Source: an uncultured Gammaproteobacteria bacterium
GTDB taxonomy: Bacteria > Patescibacteriota > Microgenomatia > UBA10105 > UBA927
Length of the DNA: 64,000 bases
Assembly: GCA_964527425.1 (NCBI GenBank)
Contig: CAZGOA010000003.1
Coordinates: forward strand, 97,048 to 161,047
Reading direction: 5' to 3'
A program made the translations under genes and the position numbers. The stretch's first letter is position 1, and the number at the start of each line of letters is the position of its first letter. This document shows positions 1-11,359 of this stretch, piece by piece. A model generated the notes under the pieces. It did no database searches. It was not told the origin of the DNA and saw only the letters and a program-made list of their open reading frames with translations.

Positions 1-27
1 TACAAAGCGCCTTCTGCCGGGAGTCTT

Positions 28-882
28 CTAATCGACAATAGCTTGAATACTTTTAATAGAGTCACTTAATTTATTTAGATCGTTTAGGCTGCCAAATCCA
101 TCCGGTTCTAGAATCAATAAACCAGTCCACCCGAGGCTTTTTAGGGATTTCAATATGCGCTGTTCATAATCATAAATTGATAGTGCTTCTTTACTCGTTG
201 GTTTTTCTAATTGAGTAATAAAAAATATGTTTGTATGAGGATACAGCACTTGCAACACTCTATCTGGATCTTTAAACCTAGACTGAAATCCTGACTCTGG
301 AGCTCGTAGTATATGTTTCATGCTTAAGGCAAAACCATCATAATTTCTATCCTTGGAAGCTCTAATCAAATCCTCTGCACTCTCAATTCCCCATCGATCA
401 AGTAGTTCTGGAAAAGGCTCTAAAAGTTGGTTTTGTATACTATTTAATGCTGAATGAGGATAGTGCTCTGCCCAATCACGATTCCAAATATCACCATTTC
501 GTTTGGATTGTTCGTGTAATGGATAAATTATGGCATACGTATTAGGATTTTCCCTTTGAATTGCTGCTATGGTGTTCAAAGACTGTATCCTTTCGGGGTA
601 AATAGCATAAGAAGCTGCTGCTAAAGCCGGTGAATGATGACGTAAAATGGCAAAAATATTTTCTTCTGATCGAAAACTTTGCTGAACAGAATATACGTAT
701 TCTAAAAACTTATCTGTTAATCTGTATCTCGTCGCATGGATGTGTATACCTAAGCCTCCCATTTCCTTAATCTGTGGTCCCAATTCTTTGATTGGTCGAC
801 CGCTTCCTAAAAGTGTATTTCTAAAGGTATCTGTTGCTCGTGTAGAAACTAATATTTCTGATTTAGTCATAGTGAGTTTCAA
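28..882 (-). CDS. hypothetical protein (284 aa), no confidently recognised domain
   Basis: Long ORF; 20-nt overlap with downstream pyrD-fusion ORF suggests co-transcription. No diagnostic motif found by eye. Confidence 0.45.
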   Translation of the reverse strand: MKLTMTKSEILVSTRATDTFRNTLLGSGRPIKELGPQIKEMGGLGIHIHATRYRLTDKFLEYVYSVQQSFRSEENIFAILRHHSPALAAASYAIYPERIQSLNTIAAIQRENPNTYAIIYPLHEQSKRNGDIWNRDWAEHYPHSALNSIQNQLLEPFPELLDRWGIESAEDLIRASKDRNYDGFALSMKHILRAPESGFQSRFKDPDRVLQVLYPHTNIFFITQLEKPTSKEALSIYDYEQRILKSLKSLGWTGLLILEPDGFGSLNDLNKLSDSIKSIQAIVD

Positions 883-2353
883 TAATCTGATGATTTATTG
901 AACCAATCAACTGTGGTCCATTATATATCATCCCGGTAATAAGCTGTACCATGTCAGCCCCGGCATCTAACTTAACTTGCGCATCTTCCGGAGAAAATAT
1001 TCCCCCACAACCAATAATAATGAGTTTATTCTTGACATATTTTCTTGTTGTGGCAATTAAATGGTTGGATGATTCCCACGTTGGCTTTCCAGAAAAATTA
1101 CCTACAGAAAATTGTTTGACTTCTTCTGGATTGAGAGCTGGATTTTTTCTGTCTTTTGCTAAGTTTCCAATGATCACTCCTGCTATCTTATGTTTGAGAA
1201 TGACATCAAGCATTTGTTTATATTCTTGATCTGACTTTTCAATAGGCATTTTTATAAACACCGGACGAGAAAGTTTGAGTGCATCTAGTGATTTCAAGAG
1301 TTGGTCTAAACTTGCTGGAGGATACAACGACACATCGACTTTTAAGTTTGGACAGCTAATATTCAGTTCATAATACGCATGTTGGACTGTTGATAGTTCA
1401 AATTTTTGAAAGCAAGCGAGAATATCATCAATAACTTTCTTTAGCGTATTCATTGAGCTGGAGTTAGTCACTCCAATACTTATACCAACTGGTATTGGAA
1501 AGCTTTTCCCTGTTAATTTACGAATTGTGGCATCAGCACCTAAATTTTTATACCCTTTATTTACCATCAGCGACTTGGACTTAGGCAGTCTGCCTAACAT
1601 CGGGCGTGGATTGCCTTCATATGGTGAGTTTGTAATCGTTCCTACACTTTGAAATCCAAAACCCACTGATGAGAGTACTTGAGTGAGGTCTGCATGATAA
1701 TCATATCCTGCGGCGAGTCCAACAGGATTGGGAAACGTTATACCTGCAATGGTTTTCTGTAAGTCAGGATGCTTAACCTGAAAGCAATAGGCAATCAATC
1801 TCTTCATTGGCCAAAACTCCCCACTTATTTTTCCAAGTGTAACCATCACGCGGTGAATACGCTCCGGATCGATACTGAAAAGGAGCGGTTTTGCAGTAAT
1901 GCGATAAAGAAAAGTAAACAACACAGCAATTATTTCTTTCCTTTCCAATACAAACCAACGTTGAACAAGAATAAACAGTATCGTGCTGATGACTGCTGAA
2001 CCTAAGCAATATAAACAAATGCCGCCTATTACAACCACCATAATATACACAAACATCAGCGACGCCACAAAACCACCGGTAGTCGTAATGACTGCAAGTC
2101 GTCTGCTCAACTTATTGTTGGTACTCAGGAGAATAATAAATTCCAGAAGATAAAAGACGACACCAATATAGGCAAGCGGAATTCCTAATGGTGTGGCATA
2201 CGGGCTTGTCAAAACACCCCCACAATCAGAAAAAAATGACTGCGGACCGCAAGGCGGAATTCTTCCTAACCAGTGCTCGTACGATAAATACAAAGCATCA
2301 AGAATTCCTATAAATGCGATATAGGCTAATATATATCGTCTGAATCGCTGCAT
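863..2353 (-). CDS. pyrD: Fusion protein: N-terminal VKOR (vitamin K epoxide reductase-like, 4-TM) domain + class-2 (quinone-dependent) dihydroorotate dehydrogenase
   Basis: Residues ~1-135 carry the VKOR loop Cys pair (PPCGPQSFFSDCGG), followed by TSPYATPLGIPLAYIG and the TM4 CXXC (CLYC). Residues ~150-496 align motif-for-motif with E. coli PyrD: LFSIDPERIHR, FPNPVGLAAGYD, GFGFQSVGTIT, NPRPMLGRL, GYKNLG, LNISCPN, IIGCGGI, QLITGMIYNGPQLI. Confidence 0.8.
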   Translation of the reverse strand: MQRFRRYILAYIAFIGILDALYLSYEHWLGRIPPCGPQSFFSDCGGVLTSPYATPLGIPLAYIGVVFYLLEFIILLSTNNKLSRRLAVITTTGGFVASLMFVYIMVVVIGGICLYCLGSAVISTILFILVQRWFVLERKEIIAVLFTFLYRITAKPLLFSIDPERIHRVMVTLGKISGEFWPMKRLIAYCFQVKHPDLQKTIAGITFPNPVGLAAGYDYHADLTQVLSSVGFGFQSVGTITNSPYEGNPRPMLGRLPKSKSLMVNKGYKNLGADATIRKLTGKSFPIPVGISIGVTNSSSMNTLKKVIDDILACFQKFELSTVQHAYYELNISCPNLKVDVSLYPPASLDQLLKSLDALKLSRPVFIKMPIEKSDQEYKQMLDVILKHKIAGVIIGNLAKDRKNPALNPEEVKQFSVGNFSGKPTWESSNHLIATTRKYVKNKLIIIGCGGIFSPEDAQVKLDAGADMVQLITGMIYNGPQLIGSINHQIIETHYD

Positions 2354-2420
2354 GGCATGAAGTATACCATAGAGTTATGCATCTACAATGTTATTACTCC
2401 AATCTAAAAGTAATCGGAGT

Positions 2421-3365
2421 TTACATCGATGGCTCGGAATCACTGCCGAAATATTGTTCCATTTCGTTTTTCATGGATTCCAGTTCTGCATCACTCGGCA
2501 TCATTTTTTTCAATTGTTCAAATTCTTCTCCATATCCTGAGGAATCCATCATTTGTGATGCCATCATGTCATAAATGGATTTACCTTCTGGAACTTCTTT
2601 AGTAGGACTTGGAGCTGTAACAGTAATATTGTCATAACTATATTCTGTAACTGTCGTGTATTCTCCGTATCCTGTCTGCTCTTCTCTGAGTAATAGATCA
2701 CGTGTGTCAAACCAGAATATTCTACTTGAAGCATCCTGCCCGCTGAGGACTTCTTCATATTTATGACAGGTTAAGTTGCCGCATGCTTCCTGACCAAGTG
2801 ATTTATAGGTAGTTATATTCTTTTCCATCACTTCTTCTTGGATATCTTTTGGTGAAAACGTATCTGCCAATTTTGTCAATTCAGATTGTTCTGATTTTAG
2901 TTCTTCTGCTTTCTGCATCCACCATTTGCCATCTACTTGATCTTTTAGATAGGTTGTATCACCTATCGTAATCATGTTTTGTGTTTCTTTGCCTCCCATC
3001 ATTTGAACCATTTGCATTCTGTAATCTTTTTCTGATCGATAATCTGTGGTTACTACTGTTTTACTATTGTCATCCATTCCATCTGATGAGGAGGTTATCA
3101 TCATTTTAGTCTGGCTGAATTGCTTTGCAAGATGCTTACGGATGAGTGGATCTTCTATATCTTTAAAATCGTTTTCAGTAAGTTTGGGCATCATGGCATC
3201 CCCAACCATACTTCCTAATCCTGATGCTTGCTCAGTTAGAGAAGAAATATTCTTATTTAATACTTTTGTATAGATAAAATAGCCTCCAGCTACTACTATT
3301 CCAACAGTGATCAGTAAAAAGACGATTGGTAAAGCTGGACCTTTTTTTGTCGATGAAGTTGCCAT
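2421..3365 (-). CDS. Membrane-anchored (N-terminal TM) Met-rich extracytoplasmic protein, function unknown
   Basis: N-terminal hydrophobic helix; many MM/MxxM clusters (MQMVQMMGG, DMMASQMMD, KKMMPSD). No catalytic motif. Confidence 0.5.
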   Translation of the reverse strand: MATSSTKKGPALPIVFLLITVGIVVAGGYFIYTKVLNKNISSLTEQASGLGSMVGDAMMPKLTENDFKDIEDPLIRKHLAKQFSQTKMMITSSSDGMDDNSKTVVTTDYRSEKDYRMQMVQMMGGKETQNMITIGDTTYLKDQVDGKWWMQKAEELKSEQSELTKLADTFSPKDIQEEVMEKNITTYKSLGQEACGNLTCHKYEEVLSGQDASSRIFWFDTRDLLLREEQTGYGEYTTVTEYSYDNITVTAPSPTKEVPEGKSIYDMMASQMMDSSGYGEEFEQLKKMMPSDAELESMKNEMEQYFGSDSEPSM

Positions 3366-3497
3366 AAAATAATTCCTCCCGGTGAAATTCTATATATTTC
3401 ACCTATAGGACTATTATAATGGAATAAGCATAACGAATGTCAATTTACTAATTCTCTCCTTTATCACTTCATTATTTTTGATACAATCTGTGCATAC

Positions 3498-4397
3498 ATG
3501 AACAGTTCTGTTGTACTTATTATGATTGCTGCATCGCTGTGGGCAATTGATGCACTCATTAGGACGCCATTAACACAAAGTTTATCTCCTATTAGTATAG
3601 TATTTTGGGAACATGTTATTGGGTTGTTTGTGTTAAGCCCGTTTCTAGCCAGTAATATACGAAAATTTTTCTCTTTGAAGGCACGTGATTGGAGCTGGTT
3701 TTTCTTACTCGCTTTAGTGAGCAGTGTAGGTGGAACTGTTTTGTTTACTCAGGCATTATCGACAAGTTTTGCAAGCGGAGATTTTATCACTCCTCTTTTA
3801 TTACAAAAACTTCAACCACTTATTGTTATTACGCTGTCCTGGCTACTATTGAAAGAACGTATAACTCAAAATTTTCTCGTTTCTGCTGCAATTGCTTTGC
3901 TTGGAGGATATTTAATGAGTTTTGGTTTATTAATCCCTCAATTTAATTTGGCTGGTAAAGAACTGGTCGTGTTACTTTCCTTAGGGGCAGCAACTTGTTG
4001 GGCTGTGGGAACTATTGTAAGTAAAACAGTGTTAAAAAAATATACTGTAATGGAAAGCACAATCATTCGTTTTGTGTTAGCTATACCCTTAGCGTTTCTT
4101 GTAGGCAACATATTGAGTCAGCCGGTTAGTGGTATTGGGTCTACTGTTGAATTAGGAAGATTTTTCCTCATAGCGTTGACCACAGGAGCAGCTGCATTAG
4201 GAATTTATTATGTAGGATTAAAAAGAACTCCAGCTCATGTTGCCACAATTGCTGAACTGATGTTTCCGTTAGTAAGCATTTTGATTGGAATTACTTCATT
4301 GAATCCATACGGCGCACCTCAAACTCTTACCCTTCCTCAAATTATTGGTATAGCATTGTTATTGATTGGCGTTGTCAAAAGTACCCGGATATCATGA
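3498..4397 (+). CDS. EamA/DMT-family 10-TM transporter (RibN-like riboflavin importer is a plausible role)
   Basis: About 10 hydrophobic segments in two 5-TM halves, typical of the drug/metabolite transporter superfamily. Stop codon overlaps the riboflavin kinase start (ATGA). Confidence 0.6.
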   Translation: MNSSVVLIMIAASLWAIDALIRTPLTQSLSPISIVFWEHVIGLFVLSPFLASNIRKFFSLKARDWSWFFLLALVSSVGGTVLFTQALSTSFASGDFITPLLLQKLQPLIVITLSWLLLKERITQNFLVSAAIALLGGYLMSFGLLIPQFNLAGKELVVLLSLGAATCWAVGTIVSKTVLKKYTVMESTIIRFVLAIPLAFLVGNILSQPVSGIGSTVELGRFFLIALTTGAAALGIYYVGLKRTPAHVATIAELMFPLVSILIGITSLNPYGAPQTLTLPQIIGIALLLIGVVKSTRIS

Positions 4398-4768
4398 ACT
4401 TACCTGTAACTGTAACCGGCATTGTTGAACGTGGAAATCGAGATGGTACTAAATTAGGTTTTCCTACAGCAAATCTGCGCCTTGACGCACCGCTTAATCT
4501 TGAACATGGTGTGTATGCTGCACGTGTCTTGCTCAAAAATGAAATGCTCCCGAGTGTACTCCATTTTGGTCCTCGACTTGTATTTAATGAAACAACGCCA
4601 CTGTTTGAAGTACACATACTGCATCCCGTACCAGACCTTTATGGCAAACGATTACGTGTGACGTTAACCCACTTTATTAGAAAAACAATGCAGTTTGATT
4701 CACTCAAAGATTTAGTTGTACAAATGGAGCAAGATAAACGCGAAGCTTTTGCATTACTTGAGATGTGA
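4394..4768 (+). CDS. ribF: Riboflavin kinase (stand-alone RibF C-terminal-type domain)
   Basis: LGFPTANL motif, HFGPRL, EVHILH, DLYGKRLRV: canonical flavokinase domain signature; 124 aa, no FAD-synthetase domain. Confidence 0.75.
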   Translation: MNLPVTVTGIVERGNRDGTKLGFPTANLRLDAPLNLEHGVYAARVLLKNEMLPSVLHFGPRLVFNETTPLFEVHILHPVPDLYGKRLRVTLTHFIRKTMQFDSLKDLVVQMEQDKREAFALLEM

Positions 4769-5545
4769 CAAGCCCTTTACAATCGCAGCATCAAATGACC
4801 GGACAAAATATACGGAAGAAATAATTCCATACACGGCAAGCAAACCTAATGCCCTGACAAGCCAGTCATGCGGAAATTGACCTGAATTCATAATCTCTCG
4901 CATACCTTCAAAGGCATAAAGGGATGGGAAAAACTGAGCAACAACCTGCACCCAAGAGGGTAACGTTTCCAGAGGGTAATACACTGCAGAAAACGGCATC
5001 AGAATAAACCCACCTGCCCATGCTAATGATTGAATATTTGTTCCTTTACGTAAAAATAGACCCCCAACAAGAAGTCCAAAAACCCAACCGGTCAGAAGCA
5101 GGATAACTATAGGAATAAGAAACTGAGGAAATAAGGGGAAAACATTCGCTTGATACAATAATAATCCAATACTTGAAGTTACTGCAAACGTCAGCACTAA
5201 TTTCAGTATTCCCAAAAGGAATAACGACACCATCCATTCGCTACGCTTTAGTGGTGTGCTAAAAAGATTCACCAGATTTTCAGACCAAAATTCTTCGAGA
5301 ATACTAACTGTCACTTCGTACTGACCTCGCCACAACACATACCACAAAATTACTCCAAATATAATCATGGAAATATATGCGCTTGTGACATCACCAGATC
5401 GTTCAAGAGCTGCAAATGTCAAACCCCAAACAACAATATCTAATACTGGCCAATAAAAAGCGTCAACCAACTTATCGAGATTATGCCGGAAATGATACAA
5501 ATGCCGCAAAAGCATTGCATAAATTCTTCTAGCTGACATTATCAA
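4754..5545 (-). CDS. ABC-2 type transporter permease
   Basis: 6-TM hydrophobic profile; overlaps and follows the ABC ATPase gene on the same strand. Confidence 0.6.
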   Translation of the reverse strand: MIMSARRIYAMLLRHLYHFRHNLDKLVDAFYWPVLDIVVWGLTFAALERSGDVTSAYISMIIFGVILWYVLWRGQYEVTVSILEEFWSENLVNLFSTPLKRSEWMVSLFLLGILKLVLTFAVTSSIGLLLYQANVFPLFPQFLIPIVILLLTGWVFGLLVGGLFLRKGTNIQSLAWAGGFILMPFSAVYYPLETLPSWVQVVAQFFPSLYAFEGMREIMNSGQFPHDWLVRALGLLAVYGIISSVYFVRSFDAAIVKGLSHLK

Positions 5546-6467
5546 CCTCCCTTTTTGTAGATACAGACAGAAAATAATCTTCTAACGAAGGCTTATCAAT
5601 TGAGATATCCTGGTAAGAAACTCCTCTCGAACTTAAGGCATGAAGAAAATCAGGGATCTTTTCCTCTTCCATGGTTACTGTGATAAATCGTCGAGTTGCT
5701 TTACTATCTAACCCCATGGTTGAAAGGATAGATTGCACACGCTTTAAGCCGTCAGAAACATAGAGTGACACTTCACAATGAGTAAACGTTTTTGCAAGCC
5801 GTTTCGGAGTACCGGTAGCAAAAACTCGACCCTGATTCATAAAAATAACCCGGTCACATAATTCTTCAACCTCTTTCATATTATGAGAAGTGATCAATAT
5901 TGAGGTTTTGTGAGTTTTACGCATTCCAATGATAAATTCTCGTATTAAATAGGCGATATCTGGATCAAGGCTGGCTGTGGGCTCATCAAGCAATACAAGC
6001 TCAGGGTCGTTAAGAAATGATTTTGCTAAGCTAACCCGTGTTGCTTGACCTGCAGACAAATCAAGAAATCGCTTTGACAGTAAATCAATCATCTGAAATC
6101 GTTTGGCTAGTGTTTGAATCTTTTCTTCGCCATGAACGATACTATACAAATGACAGAAAACTCTTAAATTCTCATGGACTGTAAGTGACCACGGCATTTT
6201 CCCATACCCTGACATATAATTAATTTTCCCCAGTATTTCAGTTCTATTAAGCGCCATGGATTTTCCAAAAAATCGAATGTCTCCGCTTGTCGGTTTCATA
6301 AGCCCAAGCAACATTTGTATTGTTGTAGTCTTACCCGCGCCGTTAGGTCCTAAAAGGCCTACAATTTCACCTTTTTTTATAGAAAAGGAAACGTTTTTTA
6401 CTGCTGTAAAATTGGCAAAGACCTTTGTTAATTTTTTAACGGATAATACTGTTTTGTCTTGTGTCAT
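5529..6467 (-). CDS. ABC transporter ATP-binding protein
   Basis: Walker A GPNGAGKTTT, signature LSAGQATRVSLA, Walker B LVLLDEPTASLD, H-loop. Confidence 0.85.
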   Translation of the reverse strand: MTQDKTVLSVKKLTKVFANFTAVKNVSFSIKKGEIVGLLGPNGAGKTTTIQMLLGLMKPTSGDIRFFGKSMALNRTEILGKINYMSGYGKMPWSLTVHENLRVFCHLYSIVHGEEKIQTLAKRFQMIDLLSKRFLDLSAGQATRVSLAKSFLNDPELVLLDEPTASLDPDIAYLIREFIIGMRKTHKTSILITSHNMKEVEELCDRVIFMNQGRVFATGTPKRLAKTFTHCEVSLYVSDGLKRVQSILSTMGLDSKATRRFITVTMEEEKIPDFLHALSSRGVSYQDISIDKPSLEDYFLSVSTKREVDNVS

Positions 6468-6476
6468 ACGTATACG

Positions 6477-6506
6477 AAAAAACCCTCATCGAGAGGGTTT
6501 ATTGTT
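6477..6506 (-). terminator. Rho-independent terminator downstream of 16S rRNA
   Basis: Minus-strand reading: hairpin CCCTCTCGATGAGGG followed by a T-run (TTTTTTC). It lies between the 16S 3' end and the ABC ATPase start. Confidence 0.5.
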
Positions 6507-6704
6507 ATTGACAACCGAATGGTGATTGGAATGAAATCTGAGAGCGTTGTACTTCTTTGTATGTACACCACACAAAGATTGATCTGTACAACTTATTTAC
6601 GCTTCTCTTAAAGCGTGTACAAAACTGTCCTCACTCTTCAATGAGTGATCAAGACGAAGATCTTCCATCTCGATATCACTGCTTTGCGAGCTCAGTTTTA
6701 AATT

Positions 6705-8295
<1,591 letters not shown>

Positions 8296-8401
8296 AAAAC
8301 ATTCCTATCACCATTCGATTGTCAAAGAGCTAATCTATTGTCTTCTAGCTTTTAAATATTAGTCAACGTATTAACTTTAACTAAATTTAAAAACTAAAGA
8401 C

Positions 8402-8426
8402 AAAAAAACCCGACCACTGGCCGGGG
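8402..8426 (-). terminator. Rho-independent terminator (ends PAP2 gene transcript upstream of the 16S promoter region)
   Basis: Minus strand: CCCCGGCCagtGGTCGGG stem (7 bp including one GU) followed by TTTTTTT. Confidence 0.5.
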
Positions 8427-8602
8427 CTTCAAAGAGAAGACACGCTGTGATCTAACATTTCATTGCAAGAGTAAATTATATAGCTTCAAGTAGTTTGGGT
8501 CAAGTCTTAAATAACACTTAAGTTATATAGATTTTATTATTGATAACACTTATTAAGGTTATATTTTTATTATAACACACTTTATACACAAATGTATGAA
8601 AA

Positions 8603-9289
8603 TTAGAGAGTTTTTATTCTAAAAAAATAAGTTCTATCCATACCAGCCTGTAATAGTGGAATACAAAGTGATATAAAAGCGAGAGAAATAATCCATCCAC
8701 CAATAATATCAGTAAGCCAGTGATGGCCTAAATATACCTTTCCGATACTAATAGTTGTAACTGACACAATTGATATCCCTGTTACAAACAAAAAAAATAA
8801 TTTTTTCTTTATTCGCAAAAAATAATAAGAAAATAAAACTGCAAAAAATAAAGACCGTGAGGCATGTCCAGATGGATAAGAATATTCTTCTTGTACATGG
8901 TATTTTGGGAAAATAGTGATTGGGTTTTTAATCATAAAAAATGGTGGAGCCGGACTTTCTACTTTAGACTTACCGTACATTTCAGCACCTATCATCAGTG
9001 AAAATAATAACGGTATTAATAATGCACCCGGATATATTTTTTTAAACCTGTTCCCAGAAAAATATAGTATTGTAATAAATAAACATAAAAAGATTGACAC
9101 TGTAGGACTTACTAAAAAACCTGCATCTTCAAATATTTCATCCATTTTTGATGGAATATTATCTTGCAAACGCACAGTAAAATCGAAATTAATTTGATTG
9201 AAGAATCCATTTTTTACAACTGCACTAAATCCATAAAAGGATATGAATAATACTGCACTTACTAAGATAAATAGAACTCTAGTTTTCAT
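8603..9289 (-). CDS. PAP2-family membrane phosphatase
   Basis: PAP2 signature motifs YPSGHASRS and GHHWLTDIIGG in a polytopic membrane protein. Confidence 0.75.
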   Translation of the reverse strand: MKTRVLFILVSAVLFISFYGFSAVVKNGFFNQINFDFTVRLQDNIPSKMDEIFEDAGFLVSPTVSIFLCLFITILYFSGNRFKKIYPGALLIPLLFSLMIGAEMYGKSKVESPAPPFFMIKNPITIFPKYHVQEEYSYPSGHASRSLFFAVLFSYYFLRIKKKLFFLFVTGISIVSVTTISIGKVYLGHHWLTDIIGGWIISLAFISLCIPLLQAGMDRTYFFRIKTL

Positions 9290-9359
9290 GTGTTGTATTC
9301 TAAATGTTATTTAATAATAGGTCTAATGGATAGACTGTTTACGCTCTTCAGATTATGCT

Positions 9360-11351
9360 ATGCTCTTTGAAATGAGCGACTTTTTATCTATTGTTTTTGA
9401 TTCAATTCGCTTCATTGTAACAGTCATACTCCTTTTTTATATTCCCGGACGGCTTCTTCTGATAGGTTTTAATATTCATAACAATTTTCTGAAAGAATTT
9501 TTTTATTCAATAACGAGTGGCATGCTGGCATACACCTTTTTAGTATATTTAGTTTCCTGGATACATATTACTGACTTATTTCAATACCTCTATATTGCTG
9601 TAGTACTATTATTAGTTTATAAAAATAGAAATATTCTGTCTTCTTTATTAACAAGTGTTAAACAATTATTTCCATTCTTGCTTATTGGATTTGTCTTCAG
9701 CTTAATAATTACTACGCGGGGTATATGGCAGAATAATTTTGTTTATGAACGCGATGATGTTATTCATCTGGCATATATTTCTGAAATGGTACATCGTTTT
9801 CCACCTGATAATCCAGGGTTTTCAAACGTCCCCTTAATTGGTTATCACTTTTTTCACGATTTTTTAATAGCCAAAATTCATCAAGTAAGTACTATACCCA
9901 TACATAGACTGCATTTTCAGTTTTTCCCCCTACTTATAGGATTTTTATGGGCATTGGGAACATATGTTTTAGGAACAGTCAGAGGAAATTCGAAAAGTGG
10001 ATGGTGGATTCTCTTCTTCGTATTGTTTGGGGGTAGTGCGGCATTTCTGTTTCATTTATTTGGTTATAATCAGGTATCACTTAATGCTGGTCTGGGCATC
10101 GATCAGCCAGTTACTGCGTTACTTAATGGACCATACGCAACATCATTTGTTTTCATATTATTATTTTTAACCAATTTACTGGACTATGTATCCACAAAAA
10201 AAGCTGCTTACTTATGGCTTTTATCCATTGCAACTGGATTAACTCCGATGTTTAAAATTTACGGCGGGTTATTACTTTATGCCGGATTAGGAATGATAGG
10301 CATACATATTCTATTTACCAAAAAGTGGAAACATCTACTCATTCTTATGAGTAGCATCATCTTAACAGCTTGTACATTTTTATTATTCTCGGGACAAGGA
10401 AACAGACTTTTTTATCAACCCTTGTGGGCTCCTCATGCTGTTTTAGAATTTAGTCTTCCATGGTATGGATTTCATGAAAAAATGTATACCTATAAGCAAT
10501 TATCTGTAATGAGAGGAATTATTACCGTTGAATTACATGGACTTATTTTATTTTTATTTGGTAATCTGGGTACAAGATTAATAGGTTTTATACTGTTTAT
10601 GTATTTTCTATTAAGAAGACGCATTAGATTAAATTATTTTGATGTTGTTTTGTTTGCAATGGCATGTGTTTCTATAGTCATTCCACTTTTTTTTATTCAA
10701 AGCGGCAAAGTGTTTGAAATTATTCAATTTGGTTGGTATTACCCCCTGTTTGTTTCGATTTTTGCCGGAATGGGTTTTGCACGACTGTTTAGTGGAATCA
10801 AAAACTTAAAGTTAACATTTCTTTTAATAGTATTAATTGGAATAATGACACTCCCCACTACATATGACAGTATGAAATCGCTCATTTTTAAGTCTCATGT
10901 TATTGCGGGTGAAAACAATGTATTAATCACTCCTAAATATACCGTTATGAAGAAACTCTCTATGATTGGTACTTACGATGATACAGTGCTGGAATTGCCA
11001 CCTTTAACTATGAATCATGATGAACTCAGTATAATAAATTGGTTTAGAAATACAGAACCACTAATGTCCTATTTTGCAAACAAAAGAAGTTTTTTTACTT
11101 CTCAAAATATCGATTTTTTCAACTTAAACTTATCTGAACGGGCAATGCTACTTATTGAGATATTAAAAGCAGAAAAACAATATAGTTCAACAATCGACTC
11201 TTCAAATTTAATTGATGATAGTATTACCAAGATTAAACACAACTCTATACATTTTATTGTTTCAACAGATAAGTTAACAGCAATTCCTCAACATGCAAAT
11301 GTTGAACTCATATATTCTGAAGATCCGTATTATGTTTATCAAATACACTAA
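9360..11351 (+). CDS. Large polytopic membrane protein (663 aa), probable GT-C-fold glycosyltransferase
   Basis: More than 12 predicted TM helices; first extracytoplasmic loop with acidic pair (YERDDVIH) as in ArnT/PMT-type GT-C enzymes; soluble C-terminal domain. Confidence 0.45.
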   Translation: MLFEMSDFLSIVFDSIRFIVTVILLFYIPGRLLLIGFNIHNNFLKEFFYSITSGMLAYTFLVYLVSWIHITDLFQYLYIAVVLLLVYKNRNILSSLLTSVKQLFPFLLIGFVFSLIITTRGIWQNNFVYERDDVIHLAYISEMVHRFPPDNPGFSNVPLIGYHFFHDFLIAKIHQVSTIPIHRLHFQFFPLLIGFLWALGTYVLGTVRGNSKSGWWILFFVLFGGSAAFLFHLFGYNQVSLNAGLGIDQPVTALLNGPYATSFVFILLFLTNLLDYVSTKKAAYLWLLSIATGLTPMFKIYGGLLLYAGLGMIGIHILFTKKWKHLLILMSSIILTACTFLLFSGQGNRLFYQPLWAPHAVLEFSLPWYGFHEKMYTYKQLSVMRGIITVELHGLILFLFGNLGTRLIGFILFMYFLLRRRIRLNYFDVVLFAMACVSIVIPLFFIQSGKVFEIIQFGWYYPLFVSIFAGMGFARLFSGIKNLKLTFLLIVLIGIMTLPTTYDSMKSLIFKSHVIAGENNVLITPKYTVMKKLSMIGTYDDTVLELPPLTMNHDELSIINWFRNTEPLMSYFANKRSFFTSQNIDFFNLNLSERAMLLIEILKAEKQYSSTIDSSNLIDDSITKIKHNSIHFIVSTDKLTAIPQHANVELIYSEDPYYVYQIH

Positions 11352-11359
11352 AAATATAC

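Noticed and set aside
28-882. Possible UvdE-like or DUF72 TIM-barrel identity for the 284-aa protein
   Set aside because: Only weak local resemblance (GIHIHATRYRLTDKF vs UvdE GIxLYRISS). The diagnostic DUF72 GTSGW and UvdE C-terminal FDFHH blocks are absent, so it is left as hypothetical.
951-2018. ORFs 951..1229 (+), 1769..1999 (+), 1773..2018 (-)
   Set aside because: Antisense or shadow ORFs inside the well-supported VKOR-pyrD coding region, with no independent evidence.
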